Shown here piece by piece: positions 29,075-40,887 of a DNA stretch of 64,000 nucleotides; the first letter of the stretch is position 1, and each line of letters begins with the position of its first letter. Both the position numbers and the translations under genes were made by a program. Origin of the DNA: an uncultured Acidobacteriota bacterium. Lineage in GTDB: Bacteria; Acidobacteriota; Thermoanaerobaculia; Multivoradales; UBA5704. The notes beneath the pieces were generated by a model, which saw only the letters and a program-made list of their open reading frames with translations, did not search any database and was not told the DNA's origin. Location of the stretch: contig OY969474.1 in assembly GCA_963700145.1 (NCBI GenBank), forward strand, positions 1,952,001 through 2,016,000. Reading direction: 5' to 3'.

Positions 29075-30449
29075 GGCGTCCCTTGATCCTGCTCCGACGC
29101 ATAAATCCTTCGTAGTTCCGCATGACCAACTGACTCTCGATCTGCTGGATCGTGTCCATCGCCACGCCGACCACGATGAGGAGCGAGGTGCCGCCGAAGT
29201 AGAAGTTGATCCCCAGCCCGCTGGTGAACCAGTCGGGCATGAAGGCGTCGAGCCGCGGGCCGATCCCGGGGATGCCGGCCACCTTGAAGCCGGTGAGCAG
29301 GAACTCCGGCAGGATGGACACCGCCGCCAGGTAGAGCGCGCCGACCAGGGTCAGCCGGGTGAGGATGCGGTCGATGTACTCCGCCGTCCGCTTCCCCGGC
29401 CGGATGCCCGGGATGAACCCGCCGTACTTCCGCATGTTCTCGGAGAGGTCGGCCGGGTTGAAGATGATCGAGACGTAGAAGTAGGAGAAGAAGAGGATCG
29501 CCACCGTGTAGAGCAGGTAGTAGATCGGCTGGCCCCAGGAGATGGCGTCGGCTACCCGGCGCACGTAGTCGTTCTCGATCATCCCCGCCACCGTCGCCGG
29601 CACCATGACCACCGAGCTGGCGAAGATGACCGGGATGACGCCGCCGGTGTTGACCCGCAGCGGCAGGTAGGTGCTCTGGCCGCCGTACACCCGGCGCCCG
29701 ACGACGCGCTTGGCGTACTGCACCGGGATCCTTCGTTGCGCTCGTTCCATGTAGACGATGAAGCCCACCACCGCCACCATGAAGACGATCAGGATCAGCA
29801 CCGAGATGATGTTGAGCGTGCCGTTGCGGATGGCGCCGTAGGTGTCGAAGATCGCCGGGATCAGCCCCACGACGATGCCGGCGAAGATGATCAGCGAGAT
29901 GCCGTTGCCGACGCCGCGCTCGCTGATCTGCTCGCCCAGCCACATGATGAAGGCGGTGCCGGTGGTGAGCGTGATGATGCTCATCAGCCGGAAGCCCCAG
30001 CCCGGATCGGGCACCAGCAGCGCCCCCGAGGGGGTCGTCTGCTTCTCGAGGAAGATGGCGATCGAGGTCGCCTGGATGATCGAGATGAGCACCGTGCCGT
30101 AGCGCGTCCACTGGGTGATCTTCCGCCGCCCCAGCTCGCCCTCCTTCGACAGTTTCTCGAGGTAGGGCCAGACCACGGTCAGGAGCTGGAGGATGATCGA
30201 GGCGGTGATGTAGGGCATGATGCCCAGGGCGAAGACCGCGACGCGCGACAGGCTGCCGCCGGTGAAGGTGTTGACGAAGCCCAGGAACGTCCCCTGCGCC
30301 GCCGCCATGAACTCGAGCAGCGCCTTGGCGTCGATGCCCGGCGTCGGGATGTGGCACCCGATCCGGTAGACCGCGAGCAGGCCGAAGGTGAACATCAGCC
30401 GCTTGCGCAGGTCCGGGATCGCGAAGACGTTGCGGAAGCTCTCGATCAC
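29067..30449 (-). CDS. secY: Preprotein translocase SecY
   Basis: [33 protein letters not shown]. Confidence 0.98.
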   Translation of the reverse strand: MIESFRNVFAIPDLRKRLMFTFGLLAVYRIGCHIPTPGIDAKALLEFMAAAQGTFLGFVNTFTGGSLSRVAVFALGIMPYITASIILQLLTVVWPYLEKLSKEGELGRRKITQWTRYGTVLISIIQATSIAIFLEKQTTPSGALLVPDPGWGFRLMSIITLTTGTAFIMWLGEQISERGVGNGISLIIFAGIVVGLIPAIFDTYGAIRNGTLNIISVLILIVFMVAVVGFIVYMERAQRRIPVQYAKRVVGRRVYGGQSTYLPLRVNTGGVIPVIFASSVVMVPATVAGMIENDYVRRVADAISWGQPIYYLLYTVAILFFSYFYVSIIFNPADLSENMRKYGGFIPGIRPGKRTAEYIDRILTRLTLVGALYLAAVSILPEFLLTGFKVAGIPGIGPRLDAFMPDWFTSGLGINFYFGGTSLLIVVGVAMDTIQQIESQLVMRNYEGFMRRSRIKGRRG

Positions 30450-30895
30450 GCCGCCAGCTCCTCGCAGCGGCCGCCCGCCTGCTCGATCTTGGCGCGGGCC
30501 GACTTGCTGAACTTGTGGGCGGTGACGGTGAGCGCCGCGCTCAGCTCGCCGTTGCCGAGGACCTTGACCGGCAGCCCCTTGCGCACCAGGCCGTGGCGGG
30601 CCAGGATCTCGGGGGTGACGTCACCCGGCTCGGACGCGGCCAGCGCGGCGAGCTGCGACACGTTGATCACCGCGTACTCGGTCTTGAAGATGTTGGTGAA
30701 GCCGCGCTTGGGGACGCGCCGGATCAACGGCATCTGCCCGCCCTCGAAGCCGGGGCGGGAGCGGTAGCCGGTACGCGACTTCTGCCCCTTGTGACCCTTG
30801 CCGGCGGTCTTGCCGAGCCCCGAGCCGGGGCCGCGGCCGACGCGGCGGCGGGAGTGCTTGCTCCCCTTGGCCGGGGAGATGTCGTGCAGGTTCAT
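30446..30895 (-). CDS. rplO: 50S ribosomal protein L15
   Basis: [16 protein letters not shown]. Confidence 0.98.
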   Translation of the reverse strand: MNLHDISPAKGSKHSRRRVGRGPGSGLGKTAGKGHKGQKSRTGYRSRPGFEGGQMPLIRRVPKRGFTNIFKTEYAVINVSQLAALAASEPGDVTPEILARHGLVRKGLPVKVLGNGELSAALTVTAHKFSKSARAKIEQAGGRCEELAA

Positions 30896-31099
30896 CTAGC
30901 CTTCCTCCTCGACTTCGAGCAGGTAGCCGACCTTGGCGATGGCGCCGCGCACCGCCGGGGTGTCCTGACGGACCACCTCGTGGCGGATGCGGCGCAGCCC
31001 GAGGCCGCGCAGCACCTCGCGGTGCCCGGCCTTGGTCGCGATGCCGCTCTTGACCTGGCGGATGCGCAGCAGTTTCGTGGCGCTCTTCTGCTCAGCCAT
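30896..31099 (-). CDS. rpmD: 50S ribosomal protein L30
   Basis: [16 protein letters not shown]; operon position. Confidence 0.95.
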   Translation of the reverse strand: MAEQKSATKLLRIRQVKSGIATKAGHREVLRGLGLRRIRHEVVRQDTPAVRGAIAKVGYLLEVEEEG

Positions 31100-31616
31100 T
31101 GCCTGCTTCCTTGACTTCCCCGGCGGCCGGCTTGCCGTCCAGGCCGCGCATGCGCATCACGTCGGCCTCGTGGCGCAGGGCCAGCAGGGCGTCGAAGGTG
31201 GCCTTGACCACGTTGTGCGGGTTGGCTGAGCCGAGCGACTTGGTGAGGATGTCCTGGATGCCCGCCGTCTCGACGACCGCGCGCACCGGGCCGCCGGCGA
31301 TCACCCCCGTCCCCGGCGAGGCGGGCTTGATCAGCACCCGGCCGGCGCCGAAGATCCCCAGCGCCTCGTGCGGGATCGTGCTCCCCTTCATCGGCACCTG
31401 GATCATGTTCTTCTTGGCGATCTCGATCCCCTTGCGGATGGCGGTGGGGACCTCCTTCGCCTTGCCGGCGCCGTAGCCGACCCGGCCGTTGCCGTCGCCG
31501 ATCACCACCAACGCCGAGAAGGAGAAGTTCTTCCCCCCCTTGACCACCTTGGTCACGCGGTTGATGTGGACGACCTGCTCGAAGAACTCGCTCTCGCGCT
31601 CGAACTCTCTTGCCAC
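31092..31616 (-). CDS. rpsE: 30S ribosomal protein S5
   Basis: [19 protein letters not shown]. Confidence 0.98.
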   Translation of the reverse strand: MAREFERESEFFEQVVHINRVTKVVKGGKNFSFSALVVIGDGNGRVGYGAGKAKEVPTAIRKGIEIAKKNMIQVPMKGSTIPHEALGIFGAGRVLIKPASPGTGVIAGGPVRAVVETAGIQDILTKSLGSANPHNVVKATFDALLALRHEADVMRMRGLDGKPAAGEVKEAGNG

Positions 31617-31643
31617 GGTTTCTCCTTAGCCCTCTGAACGCTC

Positions 31644-32045
31644 TTAAAACTCGAGGCCCTTCGCGCGGGCCCCCTCGGCGACCGCCTGCACCCGGCCGTG
31701 GTAGACGTAGCCGCCGCGGTCGAAGACCACCCGCTCGACGCCCGCCGCCTTGGCCCGCTCGGCCACCAGCTCGCCCACCGCCTTGGCGGCGGCGCGGTCC
31801 TTGGCCGACTTGCCGACGGGCTCGGCCGCGGCGAGCCGCCCCTTGACCTCGGCCTCGGCCGAGCTGGCCTGGGCGAGGGTGGCGCCGCGGCTGTCGTCGA
31901 TCACCTGCGCGTAGATGAAGCGCAGGCTCTTGTAGACCGACAGGCGCGGCCGCGCCTCGGTGCCGCGGACGCGGCTGCGCACCCGTAGGTGCGCGCGATG
32001 CCGGCGCTCCCGCTTCTGCTTGGTCTTCTTGACGACGTGGTCCAT
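31644..32045 (-). CDS. rplR: 50S ribosomal protein L18
   Basis: [21 protein letters not shown]. Confidence 0.97.
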   Translation of the reverse strand: MDHVVKKTKQKRERRHRAHLRVRSRVRGTEARPRLSVYKSLRFIYAQVIDDSRGATLAQASSAEAEVKGRLAAAEPVGKSAKDRAAAKAVGELVAERAKAAGVERVVFDRGGYVYHGRVQAVAEGARAKGLEF

Positions 32046-32065
32046 GACACTCTATCTCCTCACCG

Positions 32066-32605
32066 CTACTTGGCGCCGGCCTTGCCGACCTTCCGCTTGA
32101 TCACCTCGTCGCTGTACTTGATGCCCTTGCCCTTGTAAGGGTCGGGCTTGCGCAAGCCGCGGATCTCGGCCGCGACCTGCCCGACCTGCTGGCGGTCGGC
32201 GCCCGAGACGGTGATCCGGTTGTTCTTGTCGATCTCGATCTTGATTCCCTGCGGGATGTCGTAGAGCACCGGGTGCGAGTAGCCGAGCGCGAACTGCACC
32301 TGGCTGCCCTTGACCTCGGCGCGGTAACCGACGCCGACGATGTCGAGCTGGCGCGTAAAGCCCGCCGACACCCCCAGCACCGCGTTGGCGAGGAGGGCCC
32401 GCAGCAGGCCGTGCTTGGCACGGTCGGGCCCCTCGTCACCGGGACGCGCGACGGTGACCGTCCCGTCCTTGACCTCGACCGGGAAGCCGGCGAAGAGCGG
32501 CTGCGAGACCTTCCCCTTCGGGCCCTCGGCGGTGAACCGGCCCTCCTTGACCTCGACCCGCGTCCCGCTGGGGACCGGGATCGGCATTTCTCCGATTCGC
32601 GACAT
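32066..32605 (-). CDS. rplF: 50S ribosomal protein L6
   Basis: MSRIG, PDPYKGKGIKY. Confidence 0.98.
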   Translation of the reverse strand: MSRIGEMPIPVPSGTRVEVKEGRFTAEGPKGKVSQPLFAGFPVEVKDGTVTVARPGDEGPDRAKHGLLRALLANAVLGVSAGFTRQLDIVGVGYRAEVKGSQVQFALGYSHPVLYDIPQGIKIEIDKNNRITVSGADRQQVGQVAAEIRGLRKPDPYKGKGIKYSDEVIKRKVGKAGAK

Positions 32606-32614
32606 GGCCTTCTC

Positions 32615-33013
32615 CTACCAGACCTCGCAGAGCAGCTCGCCGCCGACCCGACGCTCGCGCGCCTGAGCGTCGGAGAGGAGCCCTTGCGACGTGGACACGA
32701 TGCCGATCCCGAGGCCGCTGCGGATGGCCGGGAGCTCGTCGGCGTCGCGGTAGACGCGCCGCCCCGGCTTCGAGACCCGGCGCAGGTGGCTGATCGCCGG
32801 CGCGCCCTGGGCGTCGTAGCGCAGGAAGACGCGCAGCGTGCCGGCGCCCTGCCCCTCGACGTGGCGGACGTCCTTGATGAAGCCCTGCTCCTTGAGGATG
32901 CGGCAGATCTCCCCCTTCAGCCGCGAGGCGGGGAGGTCCAGCCGGTCCTTTTTCGCCAGGTGGGCGTTGCGGATCCGCGCCAGCAGGTCCGAGATCGGGT
33001 CGGTCGCGCTCAT
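32615..33013 (-). CDS. rpsH: 30S ribosomal protein S8
   Basis: DPISDLLARIRNA, SKPGRRVY, GGELLCEVW. Confidence 0.98.
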   Translation of the reverse strand: MSATDPISDLLARIRNAHLAKKDRLDLPASRLKGEICRILKEQGFIKDVRHVEGQGAGTLRVFLRYDAQGAPAISHLRRVSKPGRRVYRDADELPAIRSGLGIGIVSTSQGLLSDAQARERRVGGELLCEVW

Positions 33014-33028
33014 TCTCTTCTCCTGTCC

Positions 33029-33214
33029 CTACCAGCTCGCCTTGACGACGCCGGGGAGGTAGCCCTGGAGCGCCAGGTCGCGCAGGTGGATGCGGCAGAG
33101 CCCGAACTTGCGGTAGTAGCCGCGCGGGCGGCCGCAGACGCGGCAGCGGTTGCGCTGGCGCCCCGCGAACTTCAGGGTCTTGCGGGTCTTCGCGATCTTC
33201 GCGGTGGTCGCCAC
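33029..33214 (-). CDS. rpsN: 30S ribosomal protein S14, short zinc-ribbon type
   Basis: [29 protein letters not shown]; GTG start. Confidence 0.96.
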   Translation of the reverse strand: MATTAKIAKTRKTLKFAGRQRNRCRVCGRPRGYYRKFGLCRIHLRDLALQGYLPGVVKASW

Positions 33215-33266
33215 TCGGTCTCTCCTCCTAGGCGCGAAAGCTTTCGCGCCGGGCTCCAATCAACTC

Positions 33267-33878
33267 TTACTTGGCGAACGGCATGCCGAGCTCGCGCAGC
33301 ATGAACAGAGCGCGCTCGTCGTTGCCGGCCGTCGTCACGATCGTGATGTTCAGCCCCTTGGACTTCTCGACCTTGTTGTAGTCGACCTCGGGGAAGATCA
33401 GGTGGTCGCGGACGCCCAGGGTGTAGTTGCCGCGGCCGTCGAAGCTGCGCGCCGAGACGCCGCGGAAGTCGCGCACGCGCGGCAGCGCCACCGAGATCAG
33501 CCGGTCGAGGAACTCCCACATGCGGTCGCCGCGCAGGGTGACGCGGGCGCCGATCGGCATCCCCTCGCGCACCTTGAAGGCGGCGATCGACTTGTGGGCG
33601 CGGGTGATCGCCGGCCGCTGGCCGGCGAGCGCCGCGATCTCCTCGACCGCGTCGTCGAGCACCTTGATGTTCGCGATCGCCTCCCCCACCCCCATGTTGA
33701 GGTTGATCTTCTCGATCCGGGGGACGGCCATCGTGTTGTCGATGCCGAACTCCTTCTGGAGCTTCGGCACGACGTCGTCGCGGTACTGCCGCTTCAGCCG
33801 CGGCAGGTAGTCCGCGGGCGGCCGGGCGGTCTCGCCCGTCGGCGCCAGCTTGGTGGATTCGACCTTCTTCTTCGCCAT
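33267..33878 (-). CDS. rplE: 50S ribosomal protein L5
   Basis: [16 protein letters not shown]. Confidence 0.98.
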   Translation of the reverse strand: MAKKKVESTKLAPTGETARPPADYLPRLKRQYRDDVVPKLQKEFGIDNTMAVPRIEKINLNMGVGEAIANIKVLDDAVEEIAALAGQRPAITRAHKSIAAFKVREGMPIGARVTLRGDRMWEFLDRLISVALPRVRDFRGVSARSFDGRGNYTLGVRDHLIFPEVDYNKVEKSKGLNITIVTTAGNDERALFMLRELGMPFAK

Positions 33879-33897
33879 GGCTCTTTCTCTCAGCGGC

Positions 33898-34221
33898 TCA
33901 ACCGAAGGTGGCGCCGCACTTCTTGCACACCCGCGCGCCGCGGCCGTCTTCCAGCCGCTTGTGCCCCAGCCGGGTGGGCTCGCCGCACTCCGGGCAGACC
34001 ACCATCAGGTTGGCGACCCGGATCGGCGCTTCGCGCTCCAGGATGCCCCCCTGGATCCCCTTCTGGGGATTGGGGCGGGTGTGCTTCTTGATCATGTTGA
34101 CCCGCTCGACGACCGCTTTGCCGGACGCCGGCAGGACGCGCAGCACCTTGCCGCGCGAGCCGCGGTCGGCGCCGGAGATCACCAGCACCTGGTCGTTTCT
34201 CTTCACGTGCAGCTTCGACAT
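33898..34221 (-). CDS. rplX: 50S ribosomal protein L24
   Basis: KOW motif, [10 protein letters not shown]. Confidence 0.97.
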   Translation of the reverse strand: MSKLHVKRNDQVLVISGADRGSRGKVLRVLPASGKAVVERVNMIKKHTRPNPQKGIQGGILEREAPIRVANLMVVCPECGEPTRLGHKRLEDGRGARVCKKCGATFG

Positions 34222-34222
34222 G

Positions 34223-34591
34223 TCAGATCACCTCCGGCGCCAGCGACACGATCTTCATGAAGCGGCGCTCGCGCAGCTCGCGCGCCACCGGGCCGAAGAC
34301 GCGGGTGCCGATCGGCTCGCCGGCGTCCGAGACCAGCACCGCGGAGTTGGTGTCGAAGCGGATGTAGCTCCCGTCCCGGCGCCGCTGCTCCTTGACGGTG
34401 CGCACGATGACCGCCTTGACCACCTGCCCCTTCTTGACCGTCCCGTCCGGCGACGCCTCTTTGACCGAGGCCGTGATGACGTCCCCCAGCCGGCCGTACT
34501 GCCCCGAGGAGCCGCCGCGCAGGTGGATGCAGGCGATCTTCTTGGCGCCCGAGTTGTCGGCGACGTCCAGCACCGTTCCCATCTGGATCAT
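34223..34591 (-). CDS. rplN: 50S ribosomal protein L14
   Basis: [20 protein letters not shown]. Confidence 0.98.
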   Translation of the reverse strand: MIQMGTVLDVADNSGAKKIACIHLRGGSSGQYGRLGDVITASVKEASPDGTVKKGQVVKAVIVRTVKEQRRRDGSYIRFDTNSAVLVSDAGEPIGTRVFGPVARELRERRFMKIVSLAPEVI

Positions 34592-34599
34592 GGCGTCAC

Positions 34600-34920
34600 C
34601 TACTCGGCCCGCTTCAGGATCTCGCGCACCCGCCAGCGCTTGCTGTGGGAGAGCGGCCGCGAGGAGACGATCTCGACCAGGTCACCGACCCGGCACTCGT
34701 TCTTCTCGTCGTGGGCGGCGAACTTCGAGGTCCGCTTCAAGGCCCGCTGGTAGAGCCGGTGGGTGACGGCAGTGCCCACCGCCACGATCACCGTCTTGTC
34801 CATCTTGTCGCTGACCACCTTTCCCACCTTGACCTGCCGGCGGCCACGTCCCGCAGCGGCGGGCTGCACGGCGGCCTCCTCGGTCGGGGTCGTCTCGGTC
34901 GTCTCCGTCGTCTCAACCAT
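34600..34920 (-). CDS. rpsQ: 30S ribosomal protein S17
   Basis: [18 protein letters not shown]. Confidence 0.97.
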   Translation of the reverse strand: MVETTETTETTPTEEAAVQPAAAGRGRRQVKVGKVVSDKMDKTVIVAVGTAVTHRLYQRALKRTSKFAAHDEKNECRVGDLVEIVSSRPLSHSKRWRVREILKRAE

Positions 34921-34932
34921 CTCCAGCCCTCC

Positions 34933-35133
34933 CTACTTCCCGGCCTTCTCGCCGAGCACGGTCAGCACGCGGGCGAGGTCCTTGCGCACCTGCCGCACGC
35001 GCGACGGCTTCTCGAGCTGCCCCGTGACCTTCTGCAGGCGCAGCGCGAAGAGCTGCTCCGAGAGGTCCCGCTCGCGCTCGTGCAGCTCCTCGACCGTGCG
35101 GTCGCGGAGCTCGACTGCCTTCATCCCCTTCAT
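34933..35133 (-). CDS. rpmC: 50S ribosomal protein L29 (alternative start 35124)
   Basis: LFALRLQKVTGQL, VRKDLARVLT. Confidence 0.96.
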   Translation of the reverse strand: MKGMKAVELRDRTVEELHERERDLSEQLFALRLQKVTGQLEKPSRVRQVRKDLARVLTVLGEKAGK

Positions 35134-35137
35134 CGCC

Positions 35138-35557
35138 TTACCTCAACGCCTCGTGGCGCGACAGGAACCGCGTCTTGACCGGCAGCTTGTGGGCCGCCAG
35201 CTTCATCGCCTGCTCGGCGACCTCGTGGGTCACCCCTTCGAGCTCGTAGAGGATGCGGGCCGGCTTGACCACCGCCACCCACTCCTCGGGGTTGCCCTTC
35301 CCCTTGCCCATGCGGGTCTCGAGCGGCTTCTTGGTGATCGGCTTGTCCGGGAAGACCCGGATCCAGAGCTTGCCGCCGCGCTTGACCGCGCGGCTGATCG
35401 CGATGCGCGCCGCCTCGATCTGCCGCGCCGTCACCCAACCCGCCTCGACCGCCTGCAGGGCGTAATCGCCGAAAGCGATGTAGTCGCCCCCCTTGGCGTT
35501 GCCCGAGCGGCGGCCGCGCTGCTGCTTCCTGTACTTGACCTTCTTCGGCATCAACAT
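35138..35557 (-). CDS. rplP: 50S ribosomal protein L16
   Basis: [18 protein letters not shown]. Confidence 0.98.
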   Translation of the reverse strand: MLMPKKVKYRKQQRGRRSGNAKGGDYIAFGDYALQAVEAGWVTARQIEAARIAISRAVKRGGKLWIRVFPDKPITKKPLETRMGKGKGNPEEWVAVVKPARILYELEGVTHEVAEQAMKLAAHKLPVKTRFLSRHEALR

Positions 35558-35588
35558 GGACGTGATTCCTCAGTGCCTTGGCGCGCCC

Positions 35589-36239
35589 CTAGGCTGTGGC
35601 GCGGCGGCTCTTCTCCTTGAGCAGGTCGCCCTTGTAGACCCAGACCTTGACGCCGATGACGCCGTAGGTGGTGCGCGCCTCGGCGAGGCCGTAGTCGATG
35701 TCGGCTTTCAGGGTGTGGAGCGGCAGCCGCCCCTCCTGGTACCACTCCGAGCGCGCGATCTCGGCGCCGCCGAGGCGGCCGGCGACCATGATCTTGACCC
35801 CCTTGGCGCCGAAGCGGAAGGCCGACTCCATGGCCTTCTTCATCGCCCGGCGGAAGGAGACGCGGCGCACCAGCTGGCCGGCGATCGACTCGGCGACGAG
35901 CTGGGCGTCGAGCTCCGGGCGCTGGATCTCCTGGATGTTGATGTGCACCTCGCGCCCCATCTGCTTCATCAGGTCGTCGCGCAGCTTGTCGACCTCGGCG
36001 CCGCGGCGGCCGATGATGATCCCCGGCCGCGAGGTGTAGATCGTCACCCGCAGCTTGTCGGCGGCGCGCTCGATGTCGATCTCCGACACGCCGGCGTGCC
36101 CCAGCCGCGCCTTGAGCTGCTTGCGCAGCGCCAGGTCCTGGTGCAGCGTGTCGGCGTAGTTGCTCTCGCCGTACCAGCGGGAGTGCCAGGTCTTGTTGTA
36201 GATCAGGCGGAAGCCGTACGGGTGCGTTTTCTGGCCCAC
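35589..36239 (-). CDS. rpsC: 30S ribosomal protein S3
   Basis: [23 protein letters not shown]. Confidence 0.98.
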   Translation of the reverse strand: MGQKTHPYGFRLIYNKTWHSRWYGESNYADTLHQDLALRKQLKARLGHAGVSEIDIERAADKLRVTIYTSRPGIIIGRRGAEVDKLRDDLMKQMGREVHINIQEIQRPELDAQLVAESIAGQLVRRVSFRRAMKKAMESAFRFGAKGVKIMVAGRLGGAEIARSEWYQEGRLPLHTLKADIDYGLAEARTTYGVIGVKVWVYKGDLLKEKSRRATA

Positions 36240-36589
36240 TAGGTCGTCCCCTTGCGCGTGTCGAGCTTGATCTTGATGTGGCTGTACCGCCGCACGATGC
36301 GGAAGGCGCGTCCCATCGGCGCCGGCCGCACCCGCTTGAGCACCGGGCCGCCGTCGACCGTGATCTCCTTGACGTAGAGCCGGTCCACGTCCACCTTGTC
36401 CTCCCGGTTCTCGGCGTTGGCGATCGCCGACTTGAGCACCTTGCGCAGGTGCTGGGCCGCCACCCGGCGGGGAGTGGCCTCGAGGAGGTTCACCGCCTCC
36501 TGCACCCCCTTGCCGCGGATCAGGTCGGCCACCAGGCGCATCTTCTGCGCCGAGCCCGGGGCGAAGCGAAGCAGCGCTGTGACTTCCAT
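36239..36589 (-). CDS. rplV: 50S ribosomal protein L22
   Basis: [19 protein letters not shown]. Confidence 0.97.
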   Translation of the reverse strand: MEVTALLRFAPGSAQKMRLVADLIRGKGVQEAVNLLEATPRRVAAQHLRKVLKSAIANAENREDKVDVDRLYVKEITVDGGPVLKRVRPAPMGRAFRIVRRYSHIKIKLDTRKGTT

Positions 36590-36619
36590 CGTGCGTTTCC
36601 TCTCGTCTCGCGCCGCGCC

Positions 36620-36913
36620 CTAAGTCCGGGGCTTCGCGCCCTTCTCGGCGGCCTTCTTGCCGCTGTGGCCGCGAAAGGTCCGCGTCATCGCGAACTCGCC
36701 GAGCTTGTGGCCGACCATGTTCTCGCTGACGTAGACCGGGATGAACTTCGACCCGTTGTGCACCGCCAGGGTGTGCCCCACCATCTCGGGGATCACCGTC
36801 GAGCGGCGCGACCAGGTGCGGATCACCCGCTTGGTCCCGGCGTTGTTCATCGCATCCACTTTGGCCCGCAGGTGGTCGTCGATGAAATAGCCCTTCTTGA
36901 GCGATCTGGACAT
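36620..36913 (-). CDS. rpsS: 30S ribosomal protein S19
   Basis: [16 protein letters not shown]. Confidence 0.98.
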   Translation of the reverse strand: MSRSLKKGYFIDDHLRAKVDAMNNAGTKRVIRTWSRRSTVIPEMVGHTLAVHNGSKFIPVYVSENMVGHKLGEFAMTRTFRGHSGKKAAEKGAKPRT

Positions 36914-36928
36914 GGCGCCTCTCCGTCC

Positions 36929-37756
36929 CTACTTCTGGTTCCGCCGGCGCACGATCATCGGCGTCGTGCGCTTGTTGTTGCGGGTCTTGAACCCCTTGGT
37001 CGGCACGCCCCAGGGAGTCGTGGGGTGGCGGCCGCCGGAGGTGCGCCCCTCGCCGCCGCCCATCGGGTGGTCCACCGGGTTCATCGAAACGCCGCGGTTG
37101 TGCGGCCGCCGCCCGAGCCAGCGCTTCCGGCCCGCCTTGCCGATCGAGACGTTCTCGTGCTCGAGGTTCCCGACCTGCCCCACCGTGGCGTAGCAGTCGA
37201 CGTGCACCCGCCGCACCTCGCCCGAAGGCAGCTTGATCTGCGCCCAGGAGCCGTCGCGCGCCATGAGCTGGGCGCCGGCGCCGGCGCTGCGCACCATCTG
37301 GCCGCCCTTGCCGATCTTGAGCTCGATGTTGTGGATCACCGTGCCCAGCGGGATGCGGCGCAGCGGCAGCGCGTTGCCGACGTTGACCTCGGCGGTCTCC
37401 CCGGCCACCACCTCGGTGCCCACGGCCAAGCCGTTCGGCCAGATGATGTAGCGCTTCTCGCCGTCGGCGTAGTGCAGCAGAGCGATCCGCGCCGAGCGGT
37501 TGGGGTCGTACTCGACCGAGGCGACCTTCGCCGGCACGCCGTGCTTGTCGCGCTTGAAGTCGATCGTCCGGTAGCGCCGCTTGTGGCCGCCGCCGCGGAA
37601 CCAGGAGGTGAGCTGCCCCTGATTGTTGCGGCCGCCGGACCGGCCCTTCCCCTTCACCAGCGGCTTGTGCGGCTCCGAGCGGGTGATCTCCTCGAACCCG
37701 AGGTGGCTCTGGAACCGGCTCGCCGGGTTGGTCGGCTTACGTTCTTTGATGCCCAT
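36929..37756 (-). CDS. rplB: 50S ribosomal protein L2
   Basis: [25 protein letters not shown]. Confidence 0.98.
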   Translation of the reverse strand: MGIKERKPTNPASRFQSHLGFEEITRSEPHKPLVKGKGRSGGRNNQGQLTSWFRGGGHKRRYRTIDFKRDKHGVPAKVASVEYDPNRSARIALLHYADGEKRYIIWPNGLAVGTEVVAGETAEVNVGNALPLRRIPLGTVIHNIELKIGKGGQMVRSAGAGAQLMARDGSWAQIKLPSGEVRRVHVDCYATVGQVGNLEHENVSIGKAGRKRWLGRRPHNRGVSMNPVDHPMGGGEGRTSGGRHPTTPWGVPTKGFKTRNNKRTTPMIVRRRNQK

Positions 37757-37774
37757 GTCGACTCCTAGACGTTC

Positions 37775-38065
37775 CTAGACGCTCTCGAAGAACTCGATCG
37801 GCTGCTCGCCCTCGGCGAGCCGCACGTAGGCCTTCTTCCAGTCCGGCTTGCGGCCGGCGTAGCGCCCCTGGCGCCTGGTCTTGCCGTGCATGTTGGCGAT
37901 CCGCACCTCGGCCACCTTGCGCTTGAAGTGGTGCTCGACCGCGCGCTTGACGTCGATCTTGTTGGCGTCGCGGTGGACCTCGAAGGCGACGACGTTGCGC
38001 TCGTCGCGCTGGCCGGTCGACTTCTCGGTGATCAACGGCCGGCGGATGATGTCGGTGATCCTCAT
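37775..38065 (-). CDS. rplW: 50S ribosomal protein L23
   Basis: [19 protein letters not shown]. Confidence 0.97.
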   Translation of the reverse strand: MRITDIIRRPLITEKSTGQRDERNVVAFEVHRDANKIDVKRAVEHHFKRKVAEVRIANMHGKTRRQGRYAGRKPDWKKAYVRLAEGEQPIEFFESV

Positions 38066-38685
38066 TTGTCGAGCACCTCCACCAGCCGGCCCAGGGCGTC
38101 CGCGGAGAGCACCAGGTAGCCGCGGGCGACGACGTCGTAGACGTTGACGCCCAGGGCGTCCACCGTCTTGAGCGCCCGGTTGTTGCGCGCCGCGAGCTGG
38201 AGGTTCTGGTTGTCGCGGCTGTCGACCACCAGGGCCTTGCCGTCGATCCCCAGCCCCGACAGGCTCCGCGCCAGGTCCTTCGTCTTGTGGCCCTCGAGCT
38301 CGAGGCTGTCGAGCACCAGGATGCGGTCCTCGGCGAGCTTCCGCGACAGCGCGGACTTGAGGGCGTTCTTCTTCTCCCGCACCGAAAGGTCCTTCTCGTA
38401 GCTCCGCGGCACCGGCCCGTGGACCGTGCCCCCCTTGCGCCACTTGGGATTGCGGATGTCGCCGGTGCGGGCGCGGCCGGTCCCCTTCTGGCGCCAGAGC
38501 TTGCGGCCCGAGCCCGAGACCTCGTCGCGGGTCTTGGTCTTGTGGGTGCCGCGCCGGCGCGCCGCCAGCACCGCCTGCACCGCCTCGTGGATCAGGTGCT
38601 CGTTGTAGGGGTACGAGAACACCGAGTCCGGCAGCTCGACCTCCCGCACCTGCTCGTTGGCGAAGTTCTTGACCCAGGTCTTCAT
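38062..38685 (-). CDS. rplD: 50S ribosomal protein L4
   Basis: [16 protein letters not shown]. Confidence 0.98.
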   Translation of the reverse strand: MKTWVKNFANEQVREVELPDSVFSYPYNEHLIHEAVQAVLAARRRGTHKTKTRDEVSGSGRKLWRQKGTGRARTGDIRNPKWRKGGTVHGPVPRSYEKDLSVREKKNALKSALSRKLAEDRILVLDSLELEGHKTKDLARSLSGLGIDGKALVVDSRDNQNLQLAARNNRALKTVDALGVNVYDVVARGYLVLSADALGRLVEVLDK

Positions 38686-38688
38686 CGC

Positions 38689-39318
38689 CTAGCCCTTCTT
38701 GGCCCGATGGATCGTCAGGTAGCTGTTCTTGGCCCCCGGCACGGCGCCCCGCAGGTAGATCAGGTTCTGCTCGCCGTCCACCTTGACCACCTGGAGGTTC
38801 TTGACCGTGACCCGCTCGCCGCCCATGCGGCCGCCGGAGCGCATGCCCGGGAAGACCCGCGACGGATAGGCCGAGGAGCCGATCGAGCCCGGGGCGCGGT
38901 GGAACATCGAGCCGTGGGAGGCGCGGCCGCCGGCGAAGCCGTGGCGCTTGACCACTCCCTGGTAGCCCTTGCCCTTGCTCGTCGAGACCACGTCCACGTA
39001 CTCCTTCTCGGCGAAGATCGTGGCCTTGACCTCGTCGCCCGGGTTGGCGTCCTCGCCGGCGCCCAGACGGAACTCGGCCAGCCGCCGCATCGGCGGCACG
39101 CCCGCCTTCTTGAACTGCCCGGCGCGCGGCATCGAGACCTTCTTGGCCGGCCGCTCCTCGACGAGGCCGACCTGCACCGCCTCGTAGCCGTCGGCGGCGG
39201 CGGTCTTGCGCTGCACCACCAGACAGGGGCCGGCCTTGACCACGGTGACCGGCACGGCCGTGCCGTCCTCGCCGTAGATCTGGGTCATCCCCAGCTTCTT
39301 GCCCAGGATCCCTTGCAT
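38689..39318 (-). CDS. rplC: 50S ribosomal protein L3
   Basis: [16 protein letters not shown]. Confidence 0.98.
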   Translation of the reverse strand: MQGILGKKLGMTQIYGEDGTAVPVTVVKAGPCLVVQRKTAAADGYEAVQVGLVEERPAKKVSMPRAGQFKKAGVPPMRRLAEFRLGAGEDANPGDEVKATIFAEKEYVDVVSTSKGKGYQGVVKRHGFAGGRASHGSMFHRAPGSIGSSAYPSRVFPGMRSGGRMGGERVTVKNLQVVKVDGEQNLIYLRGAVPGAKNSYLTIHRAKKG

Positions 39319-39327
39319 CGCCGTCCT

Positions 39328-39645
<318 letters not shown>

Positions 39646-39681
39646 TGCTCCCTCTTTCGCGCGCTAAACCCTAAGAACGTC

Positions 39682-40875
39682 CTACTTGACGATGTCCGTC
39701 ACGGTGCCGGCGCCGACGGTGCGCCCTCCCTCGCGGATGGCGAACCGCACACCCTTCTCCATCGCGATCGGCGCGATCAGCTCCACCTCCAGGTTCACGT
39801 TGTCCCCCGGCATCACCATCTCCGTCCCCTCCGGCAGCTGCGCCACACCCGTCACGTCCGTCGTCCGGAAGTAAAACTGCGGCCGGTAGCCATTGAAAAA
39901 CGGCGTGTGCCGTCCACCCTCCTCCTTGGTCAGGATGTAGACCTCGCCCTTGAACTTCGTGTGCGGCGTGATCGAACCCGGCTTGGCCAGCACCTGCCCC
40001 CGCTCCACGTCGTCCTTCTTCGTGCCCCGAAGCAAGACCCCGATGTTGTCCCCCGCCTGCCCCTGGTCCAGGAGCTTGCGGAACATCTCGACGCCGGTGA
40101 CCACCGTCTTCGTCGTCGGCCGGATCCCCACGATCTCCACCTCGTCGCCCACCTTGACGATCCCCCGCTCCACCCGACCCGTCACCACCGTCCCCCGGCC
40201 CGCGATCGAAAAGATGTCCTCGATCGGCATCAGGAATGGCTTCTCGATGGCCCGCTCCGGCAGCGGAATGTAGCTGTCGACCGAGCCGATCAGCTCCATG
40301 ATCTTCTGCCCCGCCTCGCTCTCCGGGTCCCCGCTCTCCAGGGCCTTCAAGGCCGAACCCCGGATGATCGGGATGTCGTCGCCCGGAAAGTCGTAGGAGC
40401 TGAGCAGCTCCCGAAGCTCCAGCTCGACGAGGTCGAGCAGCTCCGGGTCGTCCACCATGTCCACCTTGTTGAGGAAGACGACCATCGACGGCACGCCCAC
40501 CTGCCGTGCCAGCAGGATGTGCTCCCGCGTCTGCGGCATCGGACCGTCCGCGGCCGAGACCACCAGGATCGCACCGTCCATCTGCGCCGCCCCGGTGATC
40601 ATGTTCTTGACGTAGTCCGCGTGTCCCGGGCAGTCCACGTGCGCGTAGTGCCGATTGTCGCTCGCGTACTCCACGTGCGCCGTCGCGATCGTGATCCCGC
40701 GCTCCCGCTCTTCGGGGGCCTTGTCGATCTGGTCGAACGCCACGAAGCTCGCCAGGCCCTTCTTCGCCAACACCTTCGTGATCGCCGCCGTCAACGTCGT
40801 CTTGCCGTGGTCCACGTGGCCAATTGTCCCCACGTTGACGTGCGGCTTCGTCCGCTCGAACTTCTCCTTGCCCAT
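39682..40875 (-). CDS. tuf: Elongation factor Tu
   Basis: [21 protein letters not shown]. Confidence 0.99.
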   Translation of the reverse strand: MGKEKFERTKPHVNVGTIGHVDHGKTTLTAAITKVLAKKGLASFVAFDQIDKAPEERERGITIATAHVEYASDNRHYAHVDCPGHADYVKNMITGAAQMDGAILVVSAADGPMPQTREHILLARQVGVPSMVVFLNKVDMVDDPELLDLVELELRELLSSYDFPGDDIPIIRGSALKALESGDPESEAGQKIMELIGSVDSYIPLPERAIEKPFLMPIEDIFSIAGRGTVVTGRVERGIVKVGDEVEIVGIRPTTKTVVTGVEMFRKLLDQGQAGDNIGVLLRGTKKDDVERGQVLAKPGSITPHTKFKGEVYILTKEEGGRHTPFFNGYRPQFYFRTTDVTGVAQLPEGTEMVMPGDNVNLEVELIAPIAMEKGVRFAIREGGRTVGAGTVTDIVK

Positions 40876-40887
40876 GGTCTCTCTCTC

